64,000 nt of DNA from Malacoraja senta. Taxonomy: Eukaryota. Below the pieces are notes generated by a model, which did no database searches, was not told where the DNA came from, and saw nothing but the letters and a program-made list of their open reading frames with translations. A program made the translations under genes and the position numbers. Location of the stretch: NCBI GenBank assembly GCA_038087875.1, contig CM075995.1, positions 2,358,001-2,422,000 on the forward strand, read 5' to 3'. Positions 52,201 to 64,000 of the stretch are shown in pieces; positions within the stretch are counted from its first letter, which is position 1; every line of letters starts with the position of its first letter.

Positions 52201-53755
52201 GTCAAGCATAATAAATACAAACATATACGGTTATTCTAAAAAACGAAAACTTTGCTGGTTCAAACTGTGGTTCAGGAAACCAGCCTCTGCATGATAAAAT
52301 CAATTTATTGACTTGCAGATTCTGAATAGACTGCCCTACGGCTCAGGTTGTCACATCAATCCATGTATGTGCTCACTGCAGAGTGCAGCGATAGCACCAA
52401 AAAAGCAGCACATTTCCTATTCAGGAGGTGGGAAGCGGTTTTGTTTAATGTTAATGTTACATTTAATACGGTACAGATTACTGACGTCTTCCAGTTCATT
52501 CTTAAATGGTCTTCTGACAATAATTGAGTACAGGGCCATTAACTGTGCCAAACGTGCCTTCCCATCATATTAGCTGCAGCAAACAGGACCCACTCTGTCG
52601 GGTTTCAACCCTGGATATCGAGTTTGTAAACAATATCTTTAACACAAGTTCTCCCAGTACAAGTATAGGCAGTATGGGATATTGACATTGTGTTAACAAT
52701 ACTTCACCAGGGGCCAGCTACTTCCTTAGTCATGACATTAGTATCAGCACAACGAGTGCAGACATTGCAAAAGCTGCGGCTAGATAGGATGGAAGTGGCT
52801 GCAGATGCCATTACGTTTTACATTTCTGGTCTACACAAGCAGAGCAGACCAGGGGTGACAGGGTTTAAGATCATATTTCGGCATACCCCACGGACTCACG
52901 TCTATGTGTGAGGGCACGCTTGCTATATTATATCAAGGCCACCAGAATCTTAAGAGGTGTGGAATCAGCATTGTTTATTAGCCACAAACAACCACACAAG
53001 AAAAAGTCGGTTCAGACTATTTCAAGGTGGCTGAAGCAGGTTCTGGTTTATGCAAGTATTAACACTGACAATTTTACATCTCATTCCACCAGGGCAGCAT
53101 CAACGTTAGCGGCCAGGGCAATGGACGTTCCCATCGACCATATCCTCGCGGCGACAGGGTCAAGTGAATTGATTCTCAAATTTTTTTTTACCATAGGCCG
53201 ATTGCCGACCCGGGGCTATTTGTCCATTCTGTTTTGCGTGCACTTTAGCCTCCCCTGAGATAGAGGGGTTGCTATTGATTTTCTTTATTAACATAAACCA
53301 TTAATAAGTTTAAATCAATGTCATGTGTAATGCATTGTTGATTATTCACTCATCCTGAGTCAATCGATGCAGTGAGACGCCGGGATTTGAATCTACGGCA
53401 TGAAATCACAGAGCATTGAACTCTTCACGGAATCACTCACGTGACTCCGAAGTAAAATAGTAAGATTAAACGAGAACTTACCAGTTTGAAGTTTGATCTT
53501 TATTTTATGAGGAGTTACGTTGGTGATTACGTGCCCTCCACTCCCAACCCTCTCTCACAAAGGTCATCTGGTAGTTCTCAAGTTTCTGATCTTACTATGT
53601 TACTTCAATTACTGTTACCTGTGATTTCATACCGCTGCTTTGAAGATTGACGCGCATGCGGACTGGCGGGGCTTCTTCACGTAATCACCAACGTAACTCC
53701 TTATAAAATAAAGATCAAACTTCAAACTGGTAAGTTCTCGTTTAATCTTACTATT
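49233..53755 (+). mobile_element. DIRS1-type tyrosine-recombinase retrotransposon, structurally complete but coding-degenerate
   Basis: Inverted termini (gtgaagaagccccgccagtccgcatgcg at ~49263; reverse complement at ~53653-53680). An internal complementary region at ~53423-53533 is complementary to both ends. ATT lies at both junctions. RNase H-like LQTDA remnant at ~51625 and YR remnants. Confidence 0.92.
52690..53258 (+). pseudogene. Frameshifted tyrosine recombinase of the DIRS element
   Basis: LVSAQRVQTL (catalytic Arg box), KQSRPG, LFISHKQPHK...TISRWLK, FTSHSTRAAST (HxxR box) and DHILAATG, spread over two frames. Confidence 0.88.
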
Positions 53756-53952
53756 AAAGGACGTTCTTTTCAGAAGGAGATGAGGAGAAATCTCTTTGGA
53801 GGGTGGTGATACTGTGGAATTCTTTGCCACAGAAGGCTGTAGAGGCCAAGTTAGTGTATATGTTTAAGACAGAGATAGATAGATTTTCGATTAATACAGG
53901 TGTACGGGGAGAAGGCAGGAGAATGGGGTTAGGAAGGAGAGATATATCAGCC

Positions 53953-56900
53953 ATACATAGATACATAGAAAATAGGTGCAGGAGTAGGCCATTCGGCCCT
54001 TCGAGCCTGCACCGCCATTCAATACGATCATGGCTGATCATCCAACTCAGTATCCCGTACCTGCCTTCTCTCCATACCCCCTGATCCCTTTAGCCACAAG
54101 GGCCACATCTAATTCCCTCTTAAATATAGCCAATGAACTGGCCTCAACTACCCTCTGTGGCAGAGAGTTCCAGAGACTCACCACTCTCTGTGTGAAAAAG
54201 TTTTTCCTCATCTCGGTCTTAAAGGATTTCCCCCTTATCCTTAAGCTGTGACCCCTTGTCCTGGACTTCCCCAACATCGGGAACAATCTTCCTGCATCTA
54301 GCCTGTCCAACCCCATAAGAATTTTGTACGTTTCTATAAGATCCCCTCTCAATCTCCTAAATTCTAGCGAGTATAAGCCAAGTCTATCCAGTCTTTCTTC
54401 ATATGAAAGTCCTGACATCCCAGGAATCAGTCTGGTGAACCTTCTCTGCACTCCCTCTATGGCTATAATGTCCTTCCTCAGATTTGGAGACCAAAACTGT
54501 ACGCAATACTCCAGGTGTGGTCTCACCAAGACCCTGTACAACTGCAGTAGAACCTCCCTGCTCCTATACTCAAATCCTCTTGCTATGAAGGCCAACATAC
54601 CATTCGCTTTCTTCACTGCCTGCTGCACCTGCATGCCTACTTTCAATGACTGGTGTACCATGACACCCAGGTCTCGCTGCATCTCCCCATTTCCTAATCG
54701 GCCACCATTTAGATAATAGTCTGCCTTCCCGTTTTTGCTACCAAAGTGGATAACCTCACATTTATCCACATTATACTGCATCTGCCAAACATTTGCCCAC
54801 TCACCCAGCCTATCCAAGTCACCTTGCAGTCTCCTAGCATCCTCCTCACAGCTAACACTGCCCCCCAGCTTAGTGTCATCCGCAAACTTGGAGATGTTGC
54901 TTTCAATTCCCTCGTCCAGATCATTAATATAAATTGTAAATAGCTGGGGTCCCAGCACTGAGCCTTGCGGTACCCCACTAGTCACTGCCTGCCATTGTGA
55001 AAAGGACCCGTTTACTCCTACTCTTTGCTTCCTGTTTGCCAGCCTGTTTTCTATCCACATCAATACTGAACCCCCAATACCGTGTGATTTAAGTTTGTAT
55101 CCTAATCTCTTATGTGGTACCTTGTCGAAAGCCTTCTGAAAGTCGAGATACAACACATCCACTGGTTCTCCCCTATCCACTCGACTAGTTACATCCTCGA
55201 AAAATTCTATAAGATTCGTCAGACACGATTTACCTTTCGTAAATCCATGCTGACTTTGTCCAATGATTTCACCACTTTCCAAATGTGCTGCTATCCCATC
55301 TTTAATAACTGACTCTAGCAGTTTCCCCACTACCGATGTTAGACTAACTGGTCTGTAATTCCCCGTTTTCTCTCTCCCTCCCTTCTTAAAAAGTGGGGTT
55401 ACGTTTGCTACCCTCCAATCCTCAGGAACTACTCCAGAATCTAAAGAGTTTTGAAAAAGTATCACTAATGCATCCACTATTTCTGGAGCTACTTCCTTAG
55501 TTTTTGAAGTGGAACTTGGAACGTTACAGATTTCGGCTCCTCTTTAAATCCTACCGCTCGGGTGTAGCTCCTCCCTCTGCGACCTCTCCAACGGCTCTCG
55601 GGCCTCTGTAGAAGCAAGCCCCGCGCTCCTCTTTAACTCCTACCGCTCGGGTGTAGCTCCTCCCTCTGCGACCTCTCCAACGGCTCTCGGGCCTCTGTAG
55701 ATGTGCAAATGTGCTGCTATCCCATCTTTAATAACTGACTCTAGCATTTTCCCCACTACCGATGTTGGACTAACTGGTCTGTAATTCCCTGTTTTCTCTC
55801 TCCCTCCCTTTTTAAAAAGTGGGGTTACATTAGCTACCCTCCAATCCTCAGGAACTACTCCAGAATCTAAAGAGTTTTGAAAAATTATCACTAATGCATC
55901 CACTATTTCTGGGGCTACTTCCTAAAGTACTCTGGGATGCAACTTATCTGGCCCTGGGGATTTATCGGCCTTTAATCCATTCAATTTACCTAACACCACT
56001 TCCCGGCTAACCTGGATTTCACTCAGTTCCTCCATCTCATTTGACCCCCGGTCCCCTGCTATTTCTGGCAGATTATTTATGTCTTCCTTAGTGAAGACAG
56101 AACCAAAGTAGTTATTCAATTGGTCTGCCATGTCCTTGTTCCCCATGATCAATTCGCCTGTTTCTGACTGCAAGGGACCTACATTTATTTTAACTAATCC
56201 TTATCTCTTCACATATCTATAAAAACTTTTGCAGTCAGTTTTTATGTTCCCTGCCAGTTTTCTTTCATAATCTATTTTCCCTTTCCTAATTAAGCCCTTT
56301 GTCCTCCTCTGCTGGACTCTGAATTTCTCCCAGTCCCCTGGTAGGCTGCTTTTTCTGGCTAATTTGTACGCATCATCTTTTGCTTTGATACTATCCCTGA
56401 TTTCCCTTGTTATCCACGGATGCACTACCTTCCTTGATTTATTCTTTTGCCAAACTGGGATGAACAATTGTTGTAGTTCATCCATGCAGTCTTTAAATGC
56501 CTTCCATTGCATATCCGCCGTCATCCCTTTAAGAATAAATAGCCAGTCAATCTTGGCCAATTCACGTTTCATACCCTCAAAGTTACCTTTCTTTAAGTTC
56601 AGGACCCTTGTTTCTGAATTAACAATGTCACTCTCCATCCTAATGAAGAACTCAACCATATTATGGTCACTCTTGCCCAAGGGGCCACGCACAGCAAGAC
56701 TGCTAACTAACCCTTCCTCATTACTCAATACCCAGTCCAGAATAGCCTGTTCTCTCGTTGGTTCCTCTACATGTTGGTTTAGAAAACTATCCCGCATACA
56801 TTCCAAGAAATCCTCTTCCTCAGCACCCCTGCCAATTTGATTCACCCAATCTATATGTAGATTGAAGTCACCCATTATAACTGTTTTACCTTTGTTGCAC

Positions 56901-57800
56901 GCATTTCTAATTTTCTGTTTGATGCCATCCCCAACTTCACTACTACTGCTAGGTGGCCTGTACACAACACCCACTAGCGTTTTCTGCCCCTTAGTGTTTC
57001 GCAGCTCTACCCATATCGATTCCACATCCTCCAAGCTAATGTCCTTCCTTTCCATTGCGTTAATCTCCTCTCTAACCAGCAACGCTACCCCACCTCCTTT
57101 TCCTTTCTGTCTATCCCTCCTGATATTGAATATCCCTGGATGTTCAGCTCCCAGCCTTGGTCACCCTGGAGCCATGTCTCCGTGATCCCAACTATATCAT
57201 ATTCATTAATAACTATCTGCACATTCAACTCATCCACCTTATTACGAATGCTCCTTGCATTGAGACACAAAGCCTTCAGGCTTGTTTTTACAACACTCTT
57301 ACCCCTTATACAATTATGTTGAAAAGTGGCCCTTTTTGATTTTTGCCCTGGATTTGTCTGCCTGCCACTTTTACTTTTCACCTTGCTACCTATTGCTACC
57401 TATTGCTACCCCTCTGTCTCTCTGCTCTTACACCCATCCACCTGCCACATTAGTTTAAATCCTCCCAGACAGCACTAGCAAACACTCCCCCAAGGACATT
57501 GGTTCCATTCCAGCCCAGGTGCAGACCGTCCTGTTTGTACCGATCCCACCTCCCCCAGAACTGGTTCCAATGCCCTAGAAATTTAAATCCCTCCCTCCTC
57601 CTTGCACCATTTTTCAAGCCACGTATTCATCAGCAATATCCTCCTATTTCTACTCTGACTAGCCTGTGGCACTGGTAGTAATCCAGAGATTATTACCTTT
57701 GAGGTCCTACTTTTAAGTTTATCTCCTAGCTCCCTAAATTCACCTTGTAGGACCTCATCCCATTTTTTACCTATATCGTTGGTGCCTATATCGTTGGTGC
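53953..57800 (-). mobile_element. Young CR1 LINE(s): ORF1 esterase end, APE and RT, with an internal rearrangement at 55501-55705
   Basis: ORFs 57085-57381, 56201-57082 (APE), 55922-56173 and 54047-55477 (RT); conserved 3' UTR and tail. Confidence 0.95.
54047..55477 (-). CDS. CR1 ORF2 reverse transcriptase and C-terminal region, 476-codon open frame
   Basis: [41 protein letters not shown] and KFADDTK all uninterrupted. No evidence that it is expressed. Confidence 0.85.
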   Translation of the reverse strand: MDALVILFQNSLDSGVVPEDWRVANVTPLFKKGGREKTGNYRPVSLTSVVGKLLESVIKDGIAAHLESGEIIGQSQHGFTKGKSCLTNLIEFFEDVTSRVDRGEPVDVLYLDFQKAFDKVPHKRLGYKLKSHGIGGSVLMWIENRLANRKQRVGVNGSFSQWQAVTSGVPQGSVLGPQLFTIYINDLDEGIESNISKFADDTKLGGSVSCEEDARRLQGDLDRLGEWANVWQMQYNVDKCEVIHFGSKNGKADYYLNGGRLGNGEMQRDLGVMVHQSLKVGMQVQQAVKKANGMLAFIARGFEYRSREVLLQLYRVLVRPHLEYCVQFWSPNLRKDIIAIEGVQRRFTRLIPGMSGLSYEERLDRLGLYSLEFRRLRGDLIETYKILMGLDRLDAGRLFPMLGKSRTRGHSLRIRGKSFKTEMRKNFFTQRVVSLWNSLPQRVVEASSLAIFKRELDVALVAKGIRGYGEKAGTGY

Positions 57801-58227
57801 TAACACTGTCCTACACATACTAACACTATCCTACACACACTAGGGACAATTTACAAATTTACCAAGCCAATTAGCCTTCAAACCTGTACGAAAGAATGGC
57901 AGATGCTGGTTTATACCGAAGATAGACAGAAAATATTGGAGTAACTCAGCGGGACAGGCAGCATCTCTGGATAGAAGATGACGGTTGACGTTTCAGGTTG
58001 AGACCATTCTTCAGATTCCCTGTACGCCTTTGAAGTGTGGGAGGAAACTGGAGCTCCCAGAGAAAACCGATGCAGGTCACGGGGAGAATGTACAAATTCC
58101 GTACAGACAGTACCCATAGTCAGGATTGAATCCGGGTATCTGGCGCTGTAAAGCAGCAACTCAACTGCTGTGCCACCATGCTACCCCAGATTATTAGATC
58201 TCAGGCCATTAATCTATGAAAGAATTA

Positions 58228-58568
58228 AGGGCCTGTCCCACTTACGCGACTTTTTTGGCGACTGCCGGCACCCGTCATAGGTCGTTACAGGTCGCCGAAA
58301 ATGTTCAACATGTTGAAAATCCAGCGGCGACCAGAACAAGGTACGACTCTGTGGGCGACTACTCACGACTATATAGGCTTCACCCCGCGACATGTCGCCA
58401 GGGTGTCGCCTGTATGGTCGTGAGTAGTCTCCTCAGTCGCCCAAAGAGTCTCAGCGTCTTTCTGGTCGCCGCTGAATTTTCAACATGTTGGAAATTTGCG
58501 CCGACCTGCAATGACCTATGAAGGGTGATGGCAGTCACTGAAAAAGTCGCGTAAGTGGGACAGGCCCT
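58228..58568. mobile_element. PIF/Harbinger-type MITE about 80 bp from a CDKAL1 donor site
   Basis: TTA TSD and a perfect TIR AGGGCCTGTCCCACTTACGCGACTTTTT. Confidence 0.93.
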
Positions 58569-58647
58569 TTAAGGATCTGTGTTGCCGGTTTAATACAAAT
58601 ATTGTCAATTTACTCCAGACAATGGGAGAGAACTTTGGTTGACTTAC

Positions 58648-58731
58648 CTGCTCGTAAAACCTGTTGTGCGCGACGTAGTATTGGCCATCAAATGATTCCT
58701 CTGTTATCAAAACATGTTGCCTCTTCCCCAC
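58648..58731 (-). CDS. CDKAL1: CDKAL1 internal exon, start of TRAM domain (VGKRQHVLITEESFDGQYYVAHNRFYEQ)
   Basis: 84 bp, phase 0/0, bounded by ctttttcag| and |gtaagt on the minus strand. The peptide matches the vertebrate CDKAL1 segment I recall as [28 protein letters not shown]. Confidence 0.95.
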
Positions 58732-59989
58732 CTGAAAAAGGAGTAAACACACCTCAGAAAGCTGGATAAAAGAAGAACTAAAGAATTTAAAGAGTAATTT
58801 CATAAGCCTTAAATCTTACACAACAAAGACATAAATTCTTTTTTTAGAGAAAGACTTCAATCTGTCCCCATCTCTCAGCCATCTTCCAAGGCAAGCCTGG
58901 TGTAGAATGACCAAGCCAACATCAGCAATGGATTTAGCAGTGTACAACACCACCATCAACATGGATTATTTTCCGAAAATGCAGGCAAAATTTGCAGGAG
59001 TTAGTTTAATTTATTGTCCCGTGTCCTGAGGTACAGTGATAAACTAGTTTTGTGTGTTAACCAGTCAGCGGAAAGACTATAGAAAGGCAAACTGCAGTTC
59101 CTTCCGACACACTGTAAAATTATAGCAGGCTGGATGCAGAAAGTTGCTGTGGAACTATTGTTTAAGAAGGAACTGCAGATGCTGGAAAATCGAAGGTAGA
59201 CAAAAATGCTGGAGAAACTCAGCGGGTGAGGCAGCAGCTATGGAGCGAAGGAAATAGGCAACGTTTCGGGCCGAAACCCTGCCTATTTCCTTTGCTCCAT
59301 ACATGCTGCCTCACCCGCTGAGTTTCTCCAGCATTTTAGTCTATCTGTGGAACTATTGTGTTAGCTTACATAGCTTGAAAAGAGAAATTGTATTGTGGGA
59401 CCATGATTGTGTGCTGTGTTTGGTTCCTCTATTTATTAGCCCCCGTGAAGACTGGACTTTATGAACTGATCAGCATTAGATGAACATGCCAAAGGTCTCT
59501 GTTTTTGTATTCCAGTCCTCTTGATATAAATGCTAGCATTGAATTTGCCTGGCGCCAGCAAAGTTAAAGTAAGAATTGTTGCATTGGAATTATTTGTAAA
59601 TCAGCACCTGCAGTTCCTTGTTACAAAATGAAGTCCTTTGGCCAACTTCTTCAGAAGGAAAAATGAGTCCTCAGAAAGCAAATGTTTGATGACTGTTTTA
59701 TAATCAGGAGCAGGTCACATCCATGTTGATAAGATCAAGTTTCCAGCATGTGATTCAGAATCAGTGTTAATTATGTAATCGCAATTCAATTATATTATAT
59801 AAGGGAGCTTCGAAGTGAGTGTTGAATATTAATTGATGTCATCCATTCAGGTCTACATGCTCCATGCACGCACTCATGGCAATGCCTTGTGCAAAAGGTG
59901 CTGTTGGTTCATGTTCATGTTCCTTGAACCATTTTGCTCTGCAAATCAATCATTCAGTTCAGTTCAGTTTAGTTTATTGTCACGTTTTA

Positions 59990-60611
59990 ATTTTAGATCT
60001 ACAGCGCAGAAACGGCCCATATAGCCCACCGGGTCCGTGCCAGCCAGTGGTCCCCGTACACTAACACTATCCTACAAACACTAGGGACCATTATTACATT
60101 TACCAAGCCAATTAACCTACAAACCTGCACGTCTTTCGAGTGTGGGAGGAAATCGAAGATCTCGGAGAATACCCATGCAGGTCACGGGGAGAACGTACAA
60201 ACTCTGTACAGACAGCACCCATAGTCGGGTTCCAACCTGGGTCTCCGACGCTGCAAGCACTGTAAAGCAGCAATTCTACCACTGCGCCACCGTGCCGCCC
60301 ACGTGTTCTGAGGTACGACATAGAGGCGCAGCAGTAGAGTTGCTGCCTTACAGTGCCAGAGACTCTGGTTCGATCCTGACTACGGGTGCTGTCTGTACGG
60401 AGTTTGTACGTGACCTGCGTGGGTTTTCTCCGGGTGCTCCGGTTTCCTCCTACACTCCAAGGATGTACAGGTGTGAAGGTTAATTGGCTTAGTATAATGT
60501 AAATTGTCCCTAGTGTGTGCAGGATAGTGCTAGTGTATGGGGGTGACACTGGTCGGTACGGACTCGGTGGGCCGAAAGGCCTATTTCCGTGCTGTATCTC
60601 TAAACTAAACT
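59990..60611. mobile_element. Head-to-head pair of tRNA-derived SINEs (~59990-60299 minus, ~60315-60611 plus)
   Basis: Two full SINE bodies in inverted orientation, about 15 bp apart. Confidence 0.88.
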
Positions 60612-60876
60612 ATCGTGACAATACATGATTACAATCGAGCCATTCACGATATCCAGGTCAGTGCTCAGCAGGTCAGGCAACATCCCTGGAGAAAAAGTAT
60701 GGGTAATGTTTCGGGTCAAGACCCTTCTTCAGACTGCTGTTCAGATTGCTGATCAGGAGTCTAGCATAAATTCTATTTATTGTTTTTGATTTTACAAGTT
60801 TACAAGTTGAAGGGTATTGACTTGAGGCCTTGATTCTTTCATCATTTAACAGAATTTTAGTCCAAACTCTGTTGAA

Positions 60877-61498
60877 AATAGGAGCAGGGAGGTTCTACTG
60901 CAGTTGTACAGGGTCTTGGTGAGATCACACCTGGAGTATTGCGTACAGTTTTGGTCTCCAAATCTGAGGAAGGACGTTATAGCCATAGAGGGAGTGCAGA
61001 GAAGGTTCACCAGACTGATTCCTGGAATGTCAGGACTTTCATATGAAGAAAGACTGGATAGACTTGGCTTATACTCACTAGAATTTAGGAGATTGAGAGG
61101 GGATCTTTTAGAAACGTACAAAATTCTTATGGGGTTGGACAGGCTAGATGCAGGAAGATTGTTCCCGATGTTGGGGAAGTCCAGGACAAGGGGTCACAGC
61201 TTAAGGATAAGTTTAAGGAAGTCTTTTAGGACCGAGATGAGAAAATCATTTTTTACACAGAGAGTGGTGAATCTGTGGAATTCTCTGCCACAGAAGGTAG
61301 TTGAGGCCAGTTCATTGGCTATATTTAAGAGGGAGTTAGATGTGGCCCTTGTGGCTAAAGGGATCAGGGGGTATGGAGAGAAGGCAGGTACGGGATACTG
61401 AGTTGGATGATCAGCCATGATCATATTGAATGGCGGTGCAGGCTCGAAGGGCCGAATGGCCTACTTCTGCACCTATTTTCTATGTTTCTATTTTCTAT
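60877..61498 (+). mobile_element. Young CR1 3' fragment
   Basis: Open frame 60904-61401, nearly identical to the end of the 54047-55477 ORF. Confidence 0.93.
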
Positions 61499-61956
61499 GA
61501 AAAGGAATTAACTTTGTAAATACAAGGCAAGCAAATACCTCACCCTTCGCCCCATCTATGATATCAGCTCTTTTTTGGATACCATTATCCGATTCGGCTT
61601 GAATGCCCAGGAGCGAAGAAGACTGCAAAAATTGGTGAACACTGCTCAGTTTATCACGGGTTCATCAACTGAAGGGATTTTCAGGAGTCGCTGCCTCAAA
61701 AAGCAGCCAGCATCATCAGAGACCCACATCACCCTGGCCACACACTCATTTCACCCTTGCCATCGGGAAGAAGGTAAAGAGCCTGAAAACTTTAATGTCC
61801 AGTTTTTGGAGCAGCTTCTCCCCTACAACCATAAGGCTCCTAAACACTACAGCCACTAAATAAGCTCTACATAGACTTGGGGGCATTGGCTTTGTATTTT
61901 TTGCACTAATATTGTTTGTTTGTTTGTATATATTCATGTGGTTGTGTGTGTGTATA

Positions 61957-62533
61957 TAGAAACATAGAAAATAGGTGCAGGAGTAGGTCATTCGGCCCTT
62001 CGAGCCTGCACCGCCATTCAATATGATCATGGCTGATCATCCAACTCAGTATCCTGTGTCTGCCTTCTCTCCATACCCCCTGATCCCTTTAGCCACAAGG
62101 GCCACATCTAACTCCCTCTTAAATATAGCCAATAAACTGGCCTCAACTACCTTCTGTGGCAGAGAATTCCAGAGATTCACCACTCTCTGTGTGAAAAATG
62201 TTTTTCTCATCTCGGTCCTAAAAGATTTCCCCTTTATCCTTAAACTGTGACCCCTTGTCCTGGACTTCCCCAACATCAGGAACAATCTTCCTGCATCTAG
62301 CCTGTCCAACCCCTCAAGAATTTTGTAAGTTTCTATAAGATCCCCCCTCAATTTTCTAAATTCTAGCGAGTACAAGCCGAGTCTATCCAGTCTTTCTTCA
62401 TATGAAAGTCCTGACATCCCAGGAATCAGTCTGGTGAACCTTCTCTGTACTCCCTCTATGGCAAGAATGTCTTTCCTCAGATTTGGAGACCAAAACTGTA
62501 CGCAATACTCCAGGTGTGGTCTCACCAAGACCA
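61957..62533 (-). mobile_element. Young CR1 3' fragment
   Basis: Open frame 62046-62534; same subfamily as 60877-61498. Confidence 0.93.
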
Positions 62534-62551
62534 TTATACGCTATATGCACG

Positions 62552-62552
<1 letters not shown>

Positions 62553-62607
<55 letters not shown>

Positions 62608-62705
62608 ACATATATATATATACACATACACACATATATATATTTATATGTAAACACTATATAGTGTATACATATAAATAGTACACATATATATATAGTA
62701 TATTT
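62553..62705. repeat. (TA)n microsatellite and degenerate extension
   Basis: Directly visible. Confidence 0.95.
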
Positions 62706-64000
62706 ACACTGAAGGGTCTCGAGCCTGAGTTGCCGCTGAGTTGCTCTTGGGTCTATCTTCACACATACATACACATACACAAACATACATATACTGAACT
62801 TTTGTCTCTCGTTTATTATATTGTTTACAGAGTACTCTGTTTAAATATTCTGTTGTGCTGCTGGAAGGAAGAATATCATTCTTCTGTCTGGGTGTACATA
62901 TGATAATAAAACACTTTTGACTCTTCTACATTCCGTGTGTCCATACCAGAGGTCATTCATTTTCACATCCGAATGAACATTCTACATGTGTGAATACTGG
63001 CATCGCAGGAAAATGTGAGCGTTTAACTCCATCTGTTGTCGCTTGCCACAGTGAAACACACACAGGCGCAGTTTTCAAAAGGAGTCACTGGATAGTGATG
63101 AGAAGCAAGGACTCTGCCCTAATCCTCCTGCCAACTACACTTGAGCTGCCAAGCCCAATTACAGCACTCAAAAGTCTCTGTGAAGTGTCGGAACCAAACC
63201 TGGGCCTTCACGTCCCAGTAAGACACCCAGTTTTCCGCCCTGCATTCACTTGTATCCTCTGGCAGAGAAGTCCAGTAGAAATGATCGTGGCTTTAAAATT
63301 ATGATTGGGGATGGAATTACTGATTGGGGATGATCAGCCATGATAACATTGGATGGCGGTGCTGGCTCGAAGGGCCGAGTGGCCTACTCCTGCACCTATT
63401 GTCTATTGTCTATGATTGGGAAATTCGACGGCACTGACAGGAAAATACTGTTCAGAGTTGGGAACATTGAAACTCTCTTTCCAATCAAATCTGGTGGAAA
63501 TATCCAAGACTACAAGATTGTAGTCTTGGATATTGGGAAATTGCAGAGAGTTATGGGTGTAGGCCAGACCATCAAACAAACCAACTTCCCTCCCATGGAC
63601 TCCATCTACGCTCCTCAGAATTAAAGGATGGAGATGAGGAGGAATTTCTTTAGTCAAAGGGTAGCGAATCTGTGGAATTCATTGTCACTAAAGGCTGTGG
63701 AGGCCAAGTCAATGGATGTTTTTAAGGCAGAGATAGATAGATTCTTGATTAGTACGGGTGTCATGGGGTTATGGGGAGAAGGCAGGAGAATGGGGTTAAG
63801 AGGGAAAAATAGATCAGCCGTGATTGAATAGCGGAGTAGACTTGTTGGGCCGACTGACCTAATTCTGCTCCTATCCCTTATGATCTTCACACTGCATTGG
63901 CAAGGCCACCAGCATAATCAAGGACCAGTCTCACCCAGGCCATTCGGCCCATCGAGTCCGCATCGACCAGCGGTCCCCGCACATTAATACTACACAACAC

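Noticed and set aside
52690..53258. Phage-integrase-like peptide suggesting prophage or bacterial contamination
   Set aside because: It lies within a DIRS1 structure with ITR and ICR, embedded in vertebrate repeats.
54324..57185. Plus-strand ORFs of 60-158 aa
   Set aside because: Antisense frames of CR1 ORF2.
58732..64000. Further upstream CDKAL1 exons
   Set aside because: I found no segment matching the preceding radical-SAM exons; they probably lie beyond the window.

Overview
Repeat-dense vertebrate genomic DNA, most likely from a skate or ray (inferred from the mix of HE1/V-type tRNA-derived SINEs, CR1 LINEs and Penelope elements). The only host gene I can support is the 3' end of CDKAL1 (tRNA-Lys ms2t6A37 methylthiotransferase) on the minus strand. 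It appears as two conserved TRAM-domain exons (58731-58648 and 42576-42412) and a divergent terminal exon encoding a hydrophobic tail anchor (28466-28287), with a candidate polyA signal at 27989-27994. Coordinates 1-27.9 kb are downstream intergenic DNA. The rest is mostly mobile DNA: CR1 LINEs (one with an open RT frame), Rex/Babar-type 3' fragments, Penelope-like GIY-YIG elements carrying a hammerhead-ribozyme-like core, a degenerate but structurally complete DIRS1-type tyrosine-recombinase retrotransposon, six PIF/Harbinger-type MITEs, a TA-flanked TIR element, an internally deleted RTE, and a probable non-autonomous Helitron carrying an exon-like fragment. There is one 200-N assembly gap. 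Family names come from motif recognition, not from database searches. Boundaries of old repeats are approximate. I found no clearly new biological system; the best leads are listed under findings.
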